DNA from: an uncultured delta proteobacterium
GTDB lineage: Bacteria > Desulfobacterota > Desulfobacteria > Desulfobacterales > SG8-13
Assembly: GCA_963779885.1 (NCBI GenBank)
Contig: CAWAAN010000005.1
Location: forward strand, 20,554-84,553
DNA length: 64,000 nt
Direction: 5' to 3'
A model generated the notes under the pieces. It made no database searches and was not told where the DNA came from. It saw only the letters and a list, made by a program, of their open reading frames with translations. Of this stretch, positions 9,256 to 19,077 are shown piece after piece; position 1 is the first letter of the stretch, and each line of letters opens with the position of its first letter. The position numbers and the translations under genes were made by a program.

Positions 9256-9803
9256 GACCATCCGGGCTCCGGCGCGTCATTCTCATTCATCATGGTGGGA
9301 CGCAGAGCCATGCGTGTTTAACATTTTTTACATCACCTTAACCGCTACTATTCGACCCACCGGAATTTGTCAATTCGGTGATGATGAACGAGATTTTCCC
9401 GATGACCGGGACCGCTGCCGCAGCAACCGCTACATATCTTGATGCCGTGGCGACGGTTCAAGTGTAACATCCGCTTGCCCCAATTCTCGATGGCATCGAC
9501 CTGAAGCCGCCGGCTGCCGTCCAGCGCCCCCTGATCACGCGAGGAGGCATTGGCCTGAAAGCCGATCAAGCATGAAATCAGTTGTTGCCAGTGTTTCGAC
9601 AAGCTCCATGAGCCAAATAATCCTTTGCTGGTTCTTGTCCGTCGGTTGACACGCTTTTCCCGACAGCCATTGCAAATATACCTGGAATAGCCTATTTGAC
9701 AATAGGCGCGAGGCGCGCAGATGCACTCCGGATAACAAAACAGCTGCCGGCTTTTCCCTGGCAAGGACCGGCGAACAATATCATTAAATGAAGAGGAACG
9801 CCC

Positions 9804-11489
9804 ATGAGCGATCAACCCAACAAGATCATTTATTCCATGATCGGCGTCGCCAAGTTTCACGACAAGCGGCCCGTGTTGCAGGACATATCCCTGTCCTATT
9901 TTTACGGCGCCAAAATAGGGGTGCTGGGACTCAACGGGTCCGGAAAGAGTTCCCTGCTGCGCATCATGGCCGGGGTCGACAAGGACTTCGTGGGTCAGAC
10001 CATCGTTTCTCCCGGTTTCACGATCGGTTTTCTCGAACAGGAACCGGCCCTGGACGATCAGAAAACCGTGCGCGAAGTTGTTCAAGAGGGTGTGCAGGAA
10101 ACCGTGGACCTGCTGGAAGCCTACAACCGCATCAACGAGCAGCTGGCCGAGCCGATGTCCGCAGAGGAAATGGACCGCGTGCTCGAGCGCCAGGGAGAAA
10201 TCCAGGAGCAGCTGGACAATCAGGACGCCTGGGACCTCGACGCGCGGCTCGAGATGGCCATGGACGCTCTGCGCTGCCCCGCGGGGGAAACGCCGGTCAA
10301 AATTCTGTCCGGTGGCGAGCGGCGGCGGGTGGCGCTTTGTCGGCTGCTGCTTCAAAAACCGGACATTCTGCTGCTCGACGAACCCACCAACCATCTGGAT
10401 GCCGAAACCGTCGCCTGGCTCGAGCACCATTTGCAGCAGTATGCGGGCACCGTCATTGCCGTGACTCACGACCGCTATTTTCTGGACAATGTCGCCGGGT
10501 GGATCCTGGAACTCGACCGCGGCCGGGGAATCCCCTGGAAAGGAAACTACTCCTCGTGGTTGGACCAGAAGCAGAACCGTCTGCAGCAGGAAGAAAAGGG
10601 CGAGAGCAAGCGCCAAAGGACCTTGCAGCGCGAGCTGGAATGGATCCGCATGTCTCCCAAGGCGCGGCGCAGCAAATCCAAAGCGCGCATCCAGGCCTAT
10701 GAAAAAATGCTTTCGCAGGAAAGTGAAAAGCGGGTCGAAGACATGGAAATCTACATTCCGCCCGGTCCGCGGCTGGGGAACCTGGTCGTAGAAGCGGGCA
10801 GCCTGGCCAAGTCATATGGCGGCCGGCTGCTGCTGGACGATCTGAGCTTCACCCTGACACCGGGCGCCATCGTCGGGGTCATCGGTCCCAACGGGGCCGG
10901 CAAGACCACCTTGTTCCGGATGATCACCGGGCAGGAACCGCCGGATGCCGGCAGCATCCGCACCGGCGATACGGTGCGCCTGGCCTATGTCGACCAGAGC
11001 CGCGATGCGCTCGATCCGCAAAAGACAGTCTGGGAAATGATCGCGGACGCTGAGGATGTCATCGACCTGGGCGGCCTGAGCGTCAAGTCGCGCGCGTATG
11101 TCGCGCGGTTTAATTTTTCGGGCTCCGATCAGCAGAAACGAATCGGCATGCTGTCGGGCGGCGAGCGCAACCGGGTTCACCTGGCGCGGATGCTGAAGCA
11201 AGGCGCCAATGTACTGCTGCTCGACGAGCCGACCAACGACCTGGACGTCAACACCTTGCGGGCGCTCGAAGAAGCGCTCGAGAATTTTGCCGGCTGCGCG
11301 GTGGTGATCAGCCACGACCGCTGGTTTCTGGACCGCATCGCGACCCACATCCTGGCCTTCGAGGGCAACAGCAAGGCGGTGTGGTTCGAGGGTAATTACT
11401 CGGACTACGAAGCCGACCGGCGCACCCGGCTGGGGGCGGCCGCCGACCAGCCCCACCGGATCAAATACCGGCAGTTGACCAGGGAGTAG
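9804..11489 (+). CDS. ettA: Energy-dependent translational throttle ABC-F ATPase
   Basis: GAKIGVLGLNGSGKS, two ABC domains, ELEWIRMSPKAR linker, C-terminal PHRIKYRQL. Confidence 0.97.
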   Translation: MSDQPNKIIYSMIGVAKFHDKRPVLQDISLSYFYGAKIGVLGLNGSGKSSLLRIMAGVDKDFVGQTIVSPGFTIGFLEQEPALDDQKTVREVVQEGVQETVDLLEAYNRINEQLAEPMSAEEMDRVLERQGEIQEQLDNQDAWDLDARLEMAMDALRCPAGETPVKILSGGERRRVALCRLLLQKPDILLLDEPTNHLDAETVAWLEHHLQQYAGTVIAVTHDRYFLDNVAGWILELDRGRGIPWKGNYSSWLDQKQNRLQQEEKGESKRQRTLQRELEWIRMSPKARRSKSKARIQAYEKMLSQESEKRVEDMEIYIPPGPRLGNLVVEAGSLAKSYGGRLLLDDLSFTLTPGAIVGVIGPNGAGKTTLFRMITGQEPPDAGSIRTGDTVRLAYVDQSRDALDPQKTVWEMIADAEDVIDLGGLSVKSRAYVARFNFSGSDQQKRIGMLSGGERNRVHLARMLKQGANVLLLDEPTNDLDVNTLRALEEALENFAGCAVVISHDRWFLDRIATHILAFEGNSKAVWFEGNYSDYEADRRTRLGAAADQPHRIKYRQLTRE

Positions 11490-12219
11490 GGAAATCGTCG
11501 TAGTTCCAGAAAGGTGCCGGCTCTTGTGCCGGCGGCGCCGGCCACGGCCAGCCGGTCGGCAGCGGACAGACCAGCCGGACGGGTGTTTGGCGGGTGGGGT
11601 GCACGACGGTGATCTCCCTGGCCAACAGGGCGATTTGGCGGTCCTTGAAGGCGCTACCGGCGCCATAGCGCACGTCCCCGGCTATGGGATGGCCGGCATG
11701 GGCCAACTGAAGCCGGATTTGATGCCGCCGGCCGGTTTCGGGTGCCACCTGCAGCAGGCTGCGATTTCCGGCACTCTCGATCAGGCGGTACCGCAGGCGG
11801 GCCGCGCGGCTGTTGTCGGTGGGGTTGGAAACGATCCGGCACGCGACCCCCTGCCGCTCGATGTGACCGTTAAGGGCTCCGGCCGGCGGCGCGGGCGTGC
11901 CGTCGACGATGGCCAGATAGGTTTTGCGGACCGTTGCCGATCGAAACTGCGCGCTCAACCGCGCGGCGGCCTTTGACGTGCGGGCGAAAACCATCACGCC
12001 TGCCACCGGCCGGTCCAGACGGTGGACCAGGCCGAGAAAAACGTTACCCGGCTTGTCATAGCGCTGCTTCAGCCACTCTTTGGCCAGTTCGAGCAGACAC
12101 GCCGCGCCGGAACGGTCTCTCTGGGCCAGCAAGCCGGCCGGTTTATAGAGTGCCAGCAGGTGGTTGTCTTCAAAAAAAACCGGCCAGCGCGGGTGATAAA
12201 AGCTCGTCTCAGAGAGCAT
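11461..12219 (-). CDS. RluA-family pseudouridine synthase
   Basis: KPAGL, HRLDRPVAG, TGRRHQIR, HPIAGDVRYG. Start uncertain; 29-bp convergent overlap with ettA. Confidence 0.92.
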   Translation of the reverse strand: MLSETSFYHPRWPVFFEDNHLLALYKPAGLLAQRDRSGAACLLELAKEWLKQRYDKPGNVFLGLVHRLDRPVAGVMVFARTSKAAARLSAQFRSATVRKTYLAIVDGTPAPPAGALNGHIERQGVACRIVSNPTDNSRAARLRYRLIESAGNRSLLQVAPETGRRHQIRLQLAHAGHPIAGDVRYGAGSAFKDRQIALLAREITVVHPTRQTPVRLVCPLPTGWPWPAPPAQEPAPFWNYDDFPTPWSTAGI

Positions 12220-12268
12220 CGAAAATTTCCGGAAAACAGGCCGCCCTGCCGCAGCCGCAAGCGATGTC

Positions 12269-13768
12269 ATGACGCAAACCAGAAAAGAAATATCTTCCGT
12301 TCCTGCCGAGTCGCCCGGACCCGAGAAGATGGCGGCCATTTTCGAGACATGCGGCATTCATTTGGCGGGTTCGCAAATTCAACAGCTGTGGGCTTACCAC
12401 GTGATGCTGCGTCAGGGCAACCCGGAACTCAACCTGACGCGGGTGCATAACTTCGACAACATGGTCGTCAAGCTCTATGTCGATTCGATCCTGCCCGCTG
12501 ATCTGCTGCGGCTTCCCTCACCCTTGCTCGACTTGGGAACCGGCCCCGGTATGCCCGGCATTCCCCTCAAGATCTATCAGCCCCACCTGGAACTTCTTCT
12601 GGCCGAAAGCCGCCGTAAGCGGGTCGATTTTCTATCGCTGGTGGTCGATCGGCTGCGGCTGGAGGGTGTGCGCCTCATCGAAAGAAAAATCGACGTTGAT
12701 TTCGAGGAACCGGTGGCGGGCGTGATCACCCGGGCCGTGGAAACGATGGCCCGGACCCTGGAGCGCGTTCGCGGATGCCTGGCATGCGGCGGCCAGGTGA
12801 TCTTCATGAAAGGTCCGAACTGCGAGGCGGAATTGGACGAGATCCGGGAGCGGTGGTCCTCGGTCTACAAGCTGATCGAGGATCGGGCCTACATCATCCC
12901 CCACACCAGCCATCGGCGTCGCCTCGTGGTCGTGGAGCGTCTGGACGAGCCGGGCTACACCCGGCGCGCTGCGGCCACGGCCCGCCATGCGGTCATAAAA
13001 ATCGACAGCGAGAAAAACGCCCTCTTCAAAGACATGAAAAAGCTGCTCGGCGGCCGGGGAATCAAAAAGTCGGGCCGGGCCCTGCTGGCCGGCACGAAGT
13101 CGATCAGCGACGTGCTCGCGAGTTTTCCAGGGCGGTGCGCCGGCTGGATCAGTTCACATGACGGGCAGCCGCCGCCGGTCGATGCACCGCAGCGGCTCAC
13201 CTGGTTTCAACTGGCCCCGCGATTGTTCGAGATGCTCGATATTTTCGGGACCCATGCCCCGCTTCTTCTCCTGACGGTTCCGCCCGCCGATCCCTGGCAG
13301 GCGAGTGATGGTTTCGAGGCCGGCTGCAATCTTCTGGTTCCCTTTCAGGATCCGGAAAACGTCGGGGCCGTCATCCGCTCGGCGGCGGCCTTCGGCGTCG
13401 GCCAGGTCATCCTTCTGACTGAAAGCGCCCACCCGTTTCACCCCAAGTCCCTGCGCGCTTCCGGAGGAGCGGTCCTGTCCGTCAGGCTCCGGCAGGGCCC
13501 GTCCCTGAAGGAATTGCCGGCCGATCTGCCCATTATAGCGCTCTCGGCCGGGGGCGCTGATATTCGCCACACGGCATTTCCCCCATCCTTCGGATTGCTG
13601 ATCGGCCTCGAAGGGACCGGTTTGCCGGCGATCTGGCGCCAGACGGCCCGCCGCATCCCCATCCAGGCGGGGGTCGAGTCCTTGAACGCCGCAGCGGCTG
13701 CGGCCGTAGCGCTTTACGAGTGGTCACGTCAGGCGCATGCGGGCGGCACACAGACACGGCCAGCTTGA
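12269..13768 (+). CDS. rsmG: 16S rRNA m7G527 methyltransferase RsmG fused to a TrmH/SpoU-family methyltransferase
   Basis: N-terminal NLTR..YVDS..LDLGTGPGMPGIPL..ESRRKRVDFL; C-terminal QDPENVGAVIRSAAAFG and VESLNAAAA. Confidence 0.9.
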   Translation: MTQTRKEISSVPAESPGPEKMAAIFETCGIHLAGSQIQQLWAYHVMLRQGNPELNLTRVHNFDNMVVKLYVDSILPADLLRLPSPLLDLGTGPGMPGIPLKIYQPHLELLLAESRRKRVDFLSLVVDRLRLEGVRLIERKIDVDFEEPVAGVITRAVETMARTLERVRGCLACGGQVIFMKGPNCEAELDEIRERWSSVYKLIEDRAYIIPHTSHRRRLVVVERLDEPGYTRRAAATARHAVIKIDSEKNALFKDMKKLLGGRGIKKSGRALLAGTKSISDVLASFPGRCAGWISSHDGQPPPVDAPQRLTWFQLAPRLFEMLDIFGTHAPLLLLTVPPADPWQASDGFEAGCNLLVPFQDPENVGAVIRSAAAFGVGQVILLTESAHPFHPKSLRASGGAVLSVRLRQGPSLKELPADLPIIALSAGGADIRHTAFPPSFGLLIGLEGTGLPAIWRQTARRIPIQAGVESLNAAAAAAVALYEWSRQAHAGGTQTRPA

Positions 13769-13920
13769 GAACCTGAACCGGTGAAAATGATCACCATATC
13801 TATAATTGGACACCGCAGCACCCATAAACAACTGCGATTGAAATGACATGACTGCGGTTAGGCGCTGAACGAAAACAAGCGTTGGGTAGGTATTCGCAGC
13901 CAGAACGGGAAAACCGGCCA

Positions 13921-15693
13921 ATGACTGCCAACACGGATTGCAAAGAACTCGAAGTAAAATATCATAGCCTGGAAGTTGAGGCGGCGGCCTGCAAAGATGA
14001 AAATGAAGCGCTGCCATTGTATCGTTCACTGATCGAAAACGCGGGTGAGGCGATACTGGCGGCCCGCAACGACAGGATCATTTTCGCCAATCCCAGAGCG
14101 GAAGACCTGCTGGGATGGACGCAGCCTGATTTGGCGGCCCGGCCGATTGCGGAATATATCCACCCGGAAGACAGGGATACGGTAATGGCTCATTTCGAGA
14201 AGCTGCTCGGCAGCGGACCGGCCATCCGGGTGCCATTGTTCAGAATCCTCGATCGTTCGGGCACCATCAAATGGGTGAGGCTCAGGGCGGCGCTTTATGC
14301 GACGGATAGTGATCCGGCGGTCTTCTTTTATTTAACGGATATGACCCGTAGAAAAAAGGCCGAGGAAGAACTCCGTCGCAGCGAGGAGAAGTACCGGCGC
14401 GTTATCGATACGACCTCGGGAGGCTACATCCTCCTGGATCCAAATTATTTGATTATCGATGTGAACCGGTCTCTTTTGCAGATGCTGGGATGTGAGCGTG
14501 AGGAAATAACCGGTAAATTGCCGGATACGCTTTACGATAAAAAATCGGTCATGTTTTATTTCGCCAACCAGGACCATATCAGCTTCGAGGCGCGTTTCGC
14601 GGTGAAGGGCGGACGGGAAATTCCGCTTCTTTACAATCGCAGCACCTTGCGGAACGAAAAGGGGGTGATCACCGGATATGTGACCTTCCTGTCCGACCTG
14701 ACGGAATTGAAGCTCGTGCAGCAACGGCTGCGGCGCGCCGAAGAACGCTTCCGGCGCATGTACGAAAACGCCGTTCAAGGCATGTTCCAAAGCACGCTTT
14801 CCGGCCGGCTCCTGCACGCCAACCCTTCGTATGCCCGCATTCTGGGCTACGACTCCATCGCCGAGCTGCTGGCGACGGTTCATGACATATCCACGCTTTA
14901 CTTTCACCCTGAAATGCGGCAGCAAATGCTGGTCGACCTGCAAAGCAAGGGCCGCCTGACGAACTACGAAGTCAAACTCAAACGCAGGGACGGCCAGCCC
15001 ATATGGTTGTTGTTCAACGTGAGACTGACCGAAGACGATGACGACCAGTCCGTGGTGGAAGGGATCATCGTCGACAACACGGCCCGGAAGCTGGCGGAGG
15101 AAGAACTTCGCATGAGCGAGGAAAAATTCCGCCGTCTGTCGATTCTCGACAATCTGACCGGGCTTTATAACACCCGTTACATGTACAAAGCCCTGGCGGA
15201 TTTGATTGCCGAGAGCGAAGCTTCCGGAATGCCGTTTTCGTTGATTTTCCTGGACATGGACAATTTCAAGCATGTGGTCGACAACTACGGCCATCTAAAC
15301 GGCAGCCGGGCGCTGCAGGAAGTGGCCGCCACCATCCAAGGCGCGCTGGTGGAGCCGGCATTCGGCGTAGCCTACGGCGGCGATGAATTCGTCGTCGCGC
15401 TGCCCGGCTACACGAAAAAACAGGCGGCCAAAAAAGCCCGTGAAATCCAGGTCCGGATGTACGAAACGGTCTACCTCATCAGCCAGGGCTTCAAGGTGCG
15501 GCTCAAGGCGAGTTTCGGGATCGCCACTTTTCCCGAAGATGCCGCCGACCTCACGGCCCTGTTGGCCCTGGCCGACAAGGCCATGTTCGCCATTAAGAAG
15601 CGGGGCAAGAATGCGATCGGGATCACACCCTCGGTTGTCGCCGGAGAGAAACCGGGGACGTCGGCTGAAAACCGTCCGGCGGCCAAGCATTGA
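13921..15693 (+). CDS. Multi-PAS diguanylate cyclase
   Basis: Three PAS repeats, DNLTGLYN, DMDNFK, intact GGDEF; no RxxD I-site. Confidence 0.93.
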   Translation: MTANTDCKELEVKYHSLEVEAAACKDENEALPLYRSLIENAGEAILAARNDRIIFANPRAEDLLGWTQPDLAARPIAEYIHPEDRDTVMAHFEKLLGSGPAIRVPLFRILDRSGTIKWVRLRAALYATDSDPAVFFYLTDMTRRKKAEEELRRSEEKYRRVIDTTSGGYILLDPNYLIIDVNRSLLQMLGCEREEITGKLPDTLYDKKSVMFYFANQDHISFEARFAVKGGREIPLLYNRSTLRNEKGVITGYVTFLSDLTELKLVQQRLRRAEERFRRMYENAVQGMFQSTLSGRLLHANPSYARILGYDSIAELLATVHDISTLYFHPEMRQQMLVDLQSKGRLTNYEVKLKRRDGQPIWLLFNVRLTEDDDDQSVVEGIIVDNTARKLAEEELRMSEEKFRRLSILDNLTGLYNTRYMYKALADLIAESEASGMPFSLIFLDMDNFKHVVDNYGHLNGSRALQEVAATIQGALVEPAFGVAYGGDEFVVALPGYTKKQAAKKAREIQVRMYETVYLISQGFKVRLKASFGIATFPEDAADLTALLALADKAMFAIKKRGKNAIGITPSVVAGEKPGTSAENRPAAKH

Positions 15694-15718
15694 TCCCGTC
15701 GTTCAAGGCTGGAGTTTA

Positions 15719-15824
15719 TATAGGCTTTAAGATAGAGGTTTTGGCAAGGCCAGAGGGAGATGGCTGTATAAGTCATACGCCGCCGACCGATAACGCCGCC
15801 AAAACCTTTATCTTAAAGCCGATA
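15719..15824. repeat. 106-bp MITE-like element with 27-bp TIRs (family A, copy 1)
   Basis: TATAGGCTTTAAGATAGAGGTTTTGGC ... GCCAAAACCTTTATCTTAAAGCCGATA; homologous to 37505-37607. Confidence 0.85.
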
Positions 15825-16193
15825 GACCACCAGCGGCATAGCGGTCACGGCTATCAGCACCAGTGCCCAGAGCCTGCCCGCAAAAAGGTTGTAGTCATTT
15901 AAAAGCCTGCTCCACGGATGATGTACAGCGTAATGCCCGAAGAGAAATTCAAAGGCGACCGTCAAACACAGCCAGATGATGCCGACGGCCAGGGCCTGTC
16001 GTGAAGATTCGAGCGGCCATTTATCATTTAGAATAAAAGTATAGACGTAAAACAGGATGACCGCCGTCAGGGAAGACAACTGGTGAGCCGGCAGTTCCCT
16101 CATCCATTTGCCATAGGAATATTGGCGCAATACACCGTTCGCGATAGCGATAAAAACCATGGGTATCCAGGCGATGGTGTACTTCAGCAGCAT
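15813..16193 (-). CDS. Small 4-TM membrane protein, unknown function
   Basis: Hydrophobic 126 aa; last gene of the minus-strand operon; its stop lies inside the repeat TIR. Confidence 0.8.
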   Translation of the reverse strand: MLLKYTIAWIPMVFIAIANGVLRQYSYGKWMRELPAHQLSSLTAVILFYVYTFILNDKWPLESSRQALAVGIIWLCLTVAFEFLFGHYAVHHPWSRLLNDYNLFAGRLWALVLIAVTAMPLVVYRL

Positions 16194-16203
16194 TCGGTTT
16201 TTT

Positions 16204-16806
16204 TTAGCGACGGGTTTGGCGTTTGCGTTTCTTCACCGAGAAGCCGAATCGGCCGATGACACGCCCGAGCGCATAATACTGCCCGTGCGCGAAGGCCAGC
16301 AGGCCGGCCCTTTCAAGGCAAAGACGCCCCTTGGCATTTAAAAGCGAAGCGGTGACCTGGACCGCCACCACCTCGGCCGCAAACAGCGTGTGCGAGCCCA
16401 GTTTCAAGGTTTTCCGAACACGGCACTCGATGTTGAGCGGGCATTCCAGCACGATCGGGCATCCAACTGTCAAGGCCGCTGCCGGCGTGAGCGCGGTGTC
16501 CTTGAATTTATCCACATCGCGTCCGGAAACCATGCCGCACCAATCCGTCGCCTTCGCCTGCCGCAGGGATGGCACATTCACCACGAACTCTCCCAGTGTC
16601 TGAATGATCTCGTAAGAATACCGCTCGGGACGGACCGAGATCGAGAGCATGGGCGGGTCACTGCAGATGCTCCCGGTCCAGGCGATGGTGATCAGGTTTG
16701 GTTTCCATTCCTGCACTCCGCCGCAGCTCACGAGCACGGCCGGTAATGGGCACAGCAGGTTTCCGGGCTTCCAGGCCAGCTTTTCTAAGCGTGCGTGCTT
16801 TGCCAT
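16204..16806 (-). CDS. Flavin reductase family protein
   Basis: PLPAVLVSCG, NLITIAWTG, CPLNIECRV, GSHTLF. Confidence 0.9.
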   Translation of the reverse strand: MAKHARLEKLAWKPGNLLCPLPAVLVSCGGVQEWKPNLITIAWTGSICSDPPMLSISVRPERYSYEIIQTLGEFVVNVPSLRQAKATDWCGMVSGRDVDKFKDTALTPAAALTVGCPIVLECPLNIECRVRKTLKLGSHTLFAAEVVAVQVTASLLNAKGRLCLERAGLLAFAHGQYYALGRVIGRFGFSVKKRKRQTRR

Positions 16807-16819
16807 ATAATGTAGGATG

Positions 16820-18157
16820 TCACTCGTTCATCATCAGTTCGAGGGCATCTTCGGCGGCGGATTCGAGTACGCCGGCATGTGCGGCCAGGTCGAGAATTGT
16901 GATTCGCTCCCGGATCGTCCGGGCCCCGCAGGCGGAAAGCCGGAACTCGTCCGGGGTCAAATTCAGTGCCGAAAGCGTCATCGGGTATCCGGTTCGCCGA
17001 ATCCGTTCGAGAAAAACTCCGGCCGGTGGTACGGACGCCAGCAGCGGCGCGAGAGCCGGCCATCTGCGCGGCAGAAGTTCATCGAATTGGAGCAGCAGCT
17101 TTTTTTTCAGGTCAAAACGTTGGCGTACTTCGGGCGCGAATTGCCGCCAGATGGCCTGAAGGCCTTCAGTGTCGGCCATGAAACGCTTATAGGCCCCGGT
17201 TCGCAGCGCATGGACATCTGTGTCCCGCAGCTTTTCGTAGCAGACGGCGGACACGACGATGCCCGCGCCCACTTGCAGGCCGTGATGCTCAGGCACCCGC
17301 CCGGTCAACTCTGCGCGCATATCCCAGAAATGAGACAGGAGATGCTCTCCGCCGGAGGCCGGGGCACTGGAGCCGGCCAGGCTCATGGCCATGCCCGATA
17401 TCAAAAGGCCGCGCGTCAGGGCATCCACCGCCTCCTTTTCACCGGCGGCGATTTTCTCCGGCCGCTCGATATATAACGCCTCGGATTCGGCCACAATAGC
17501 GGACGGCAGGGCGCAGTATGAGTCGCCGAAAAGGAGGGATTCGATTTGCCAGTCGACATCCGATACCGATTTGGCCATCACGTCGCAGTAACCGGCCTGG
17601 CGAAGTTTCAGGGGTGCGTTTCGAAGGATTGCCGGCTGAATGTAAATCGCCTGCGGGGGAGCGGAAGGCAAGGTCCTTTTGACACCGGCCGCCTTTACGG
17701 CGGCGATCGAAGAGGTGTACCCGTTCATGGACGGCGCGGTGGGAACACACCAGTAAGGAATCCGCAGCTGGTGGGCCGTGTATTTTCCGAGGTCGTTGAT
17801 CGTGCCGGAGCCCACGGCAATAATCAGGGGACTGCCGTGGACGCGCTGTTTAATACCGGCGGCAAGATCGTCGGTCAGGTGGATATCTCCCGGCAGGGTG
17901 ACGACCCGGCAATCGACTGCGGCGGCGCTCAGGGCTTCGGCCACCGATTCGCCGGCGGCCTTATGGGTGTTTTCGTCATCTATGACAAGGGCCTGCCTTC
18001 CGCTCAGGAAGCTTTTTCCATCGGCCGCCAGAACCTGGAAGGCATCCTTGCCGGTGTAACTAAGGACATCGGGAACGCTGTGCGAGCCCCCGCAGGTGCA
18101 GCGTTGGGCGCACGCGGCCTGATCGACAAGCGCCTTTTTTTCGGGATGGATCATCAT
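16820..18157 (-). CDS. sn-glycerol-1-phosphate dehydrogenase (AraM/EgsA family)
   Basis: GSGTINDLGKY, VPTAPSMNGYTS, PASGGEHLLSHFWD, HHGLQVG. ATGA overlap with the ugpE stop. Confidence 0.88.
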   Translation of the reverse strand: MMIHPEKKALVDQAACAQRCTCGGSHSVPDVLSYTGKDAFQVLAADGKSFLSGRQALVIDDENTHKAAGESVAEALSAAAVDCRVVTLPGDIHLTDDLAAGIKQRVHGSPLIIAVGSGTINDLGKYTAHQLRIPYWCVPTAPSMNGYTSSIAAVKAAGVKRTLPSAPPQAIYIQPAILRNAPLKLRQAGYCDVMAKSVSDVDWQIESLLFGDSYCALPSAIVAESEALYIERPEKIAAGEKEAVDALTRGLLISGMAMSLAGSSAPASGGEHLLSHFWDMRAELTGRVPEHHGLQVGAGIVVSAVCYEKLRDTDVHALRTGAYKRFMADTEGLQAIWRQFAPEVRQRFDLKKKLLLQFDELLPRRWPALAPLLASVPPAGVFLERIRRTGYPMTLSALNLTPDEFRLSACGARTIRERITILDLAAHAGVLESAAEDALELMMNE

Positions 18158-19074
18158 TTTTCTCTTTCCACGAGTCCCTTAACGAACCAGCGTTGCATCA
18201 ACAGCACGACCAGAATGGGCGGCAGCATGACCAGCAGGGCGCCGGCCAGGGCAACATTCCAGTAGGGGACGTCGTCGATCTGGGGAATCAGGTGCTTCAA
18301 TCCAATGACGGCGGTGGTCATGTCCGGGTCGGTGGTGATGAGCAGGGGCCAGAGATATTGATTCCAGCCATAGACGAACTCGATCACCACCAAAGCGGCG
18401 ATGTTGGTTTTGGAGAGCGGCAGCAGGACGCGGTGAAAGAACTTCATGGGCGAGGCGCCGTCCAGCTTGGCCGCCTCGCACAGTTCTTCGGGTACGGTGA
18501 GAAAGAACTGCCGGAAAAGAAAGGTGCAGGTGGCCGAAGCCACCAGGGGCAGGATCAGGCCGGTATAGCTGTCCAGCAGGCTCCATTCCAGGCTGATGTC
18601 AAAATCGTTGCCCGTCCACCACTGCACGATGCCGCCGAGGTGCAGGGTGTCGATCAACCACTGCAAGGGACCGAAAAGGTTGGCGGCAATCTCGTATGTG
18701 GGGAGAATGCGGACTTCCACCGGCAGCATCAGGGTGCAAAAAACAGTGGCAAAAGCGACTTTTCGGAAGCGGTAGTCAAAATACACGATGGAGAAGGCAC
18801 CCAGCATGGAAACCACGATTTTGCCGATGGTGATTCCCGAGGCCATTACGAAGGAGTTCAGAAGCTGCCGACCGAGGTTGCCCCGTTCCCAAGCCGCCTG
18901 GATGTTGACCCAGAACTGGTCACCCGGCACGAGGGGCATCGGGACTTTGGAAACTTCCTCTATGGGGAGCGATGCCGCCACCAAGGTGTAGAAGATGGGA
19001 AAACAGACGATGCAGATTCCCAGCATCAGAGTTACGTAAGTCAGCGTGTCGAGAATGGGTGTTCGTTCAACCAT
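18154..19074 (-). CDS. ugpE: Glycerol-phosphate ABC transporter permease
   Basis: LPVEVRILPT, SATCTFLFRQFF, EAAKLDGA, QRWFVKGLVEREK. Confidence 0.9.
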   Translation of the reverse strand: MVERTPILDTLTYVTLMLGICIVCFPIFYTLVAASLPIEEVSKVPMPLVPGDQFWVNIQAAWERGNLGRQLLNSFVMASGITIGKIVVSMLGAFSIVYFDYRFRKVAFATVFCTLMLPVEVRILPTYEIAANLFGPLQWLIDTLHLGGIVQWWTGNDFDISLEWSLLDSYTGLILPLVASATCTFLFRQFFLTVPEELCEAAKLDGASPMKFFHRVLLPLSKTNIAALVVIEFVYGWNQYLWPLLITTDPDMTTAVIGLKHLIPQIDDVPYWNVALAGALLVMLPPILVVLLMQRWFVKGLVEREK

Positions 19075-19077
19075 GAA

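Noticed and set aside
9440-9480. TTGAACC motif (minus strand) suggesting 6S RNA
   Set aside because: No long paired rod or typical flanking genes could be confirmed by eye.
9348-10616. 422-aa minus-strand ORF
   Set aside because: Mostly antisense to ettA; the non-overlapping tail has no recognisable features.
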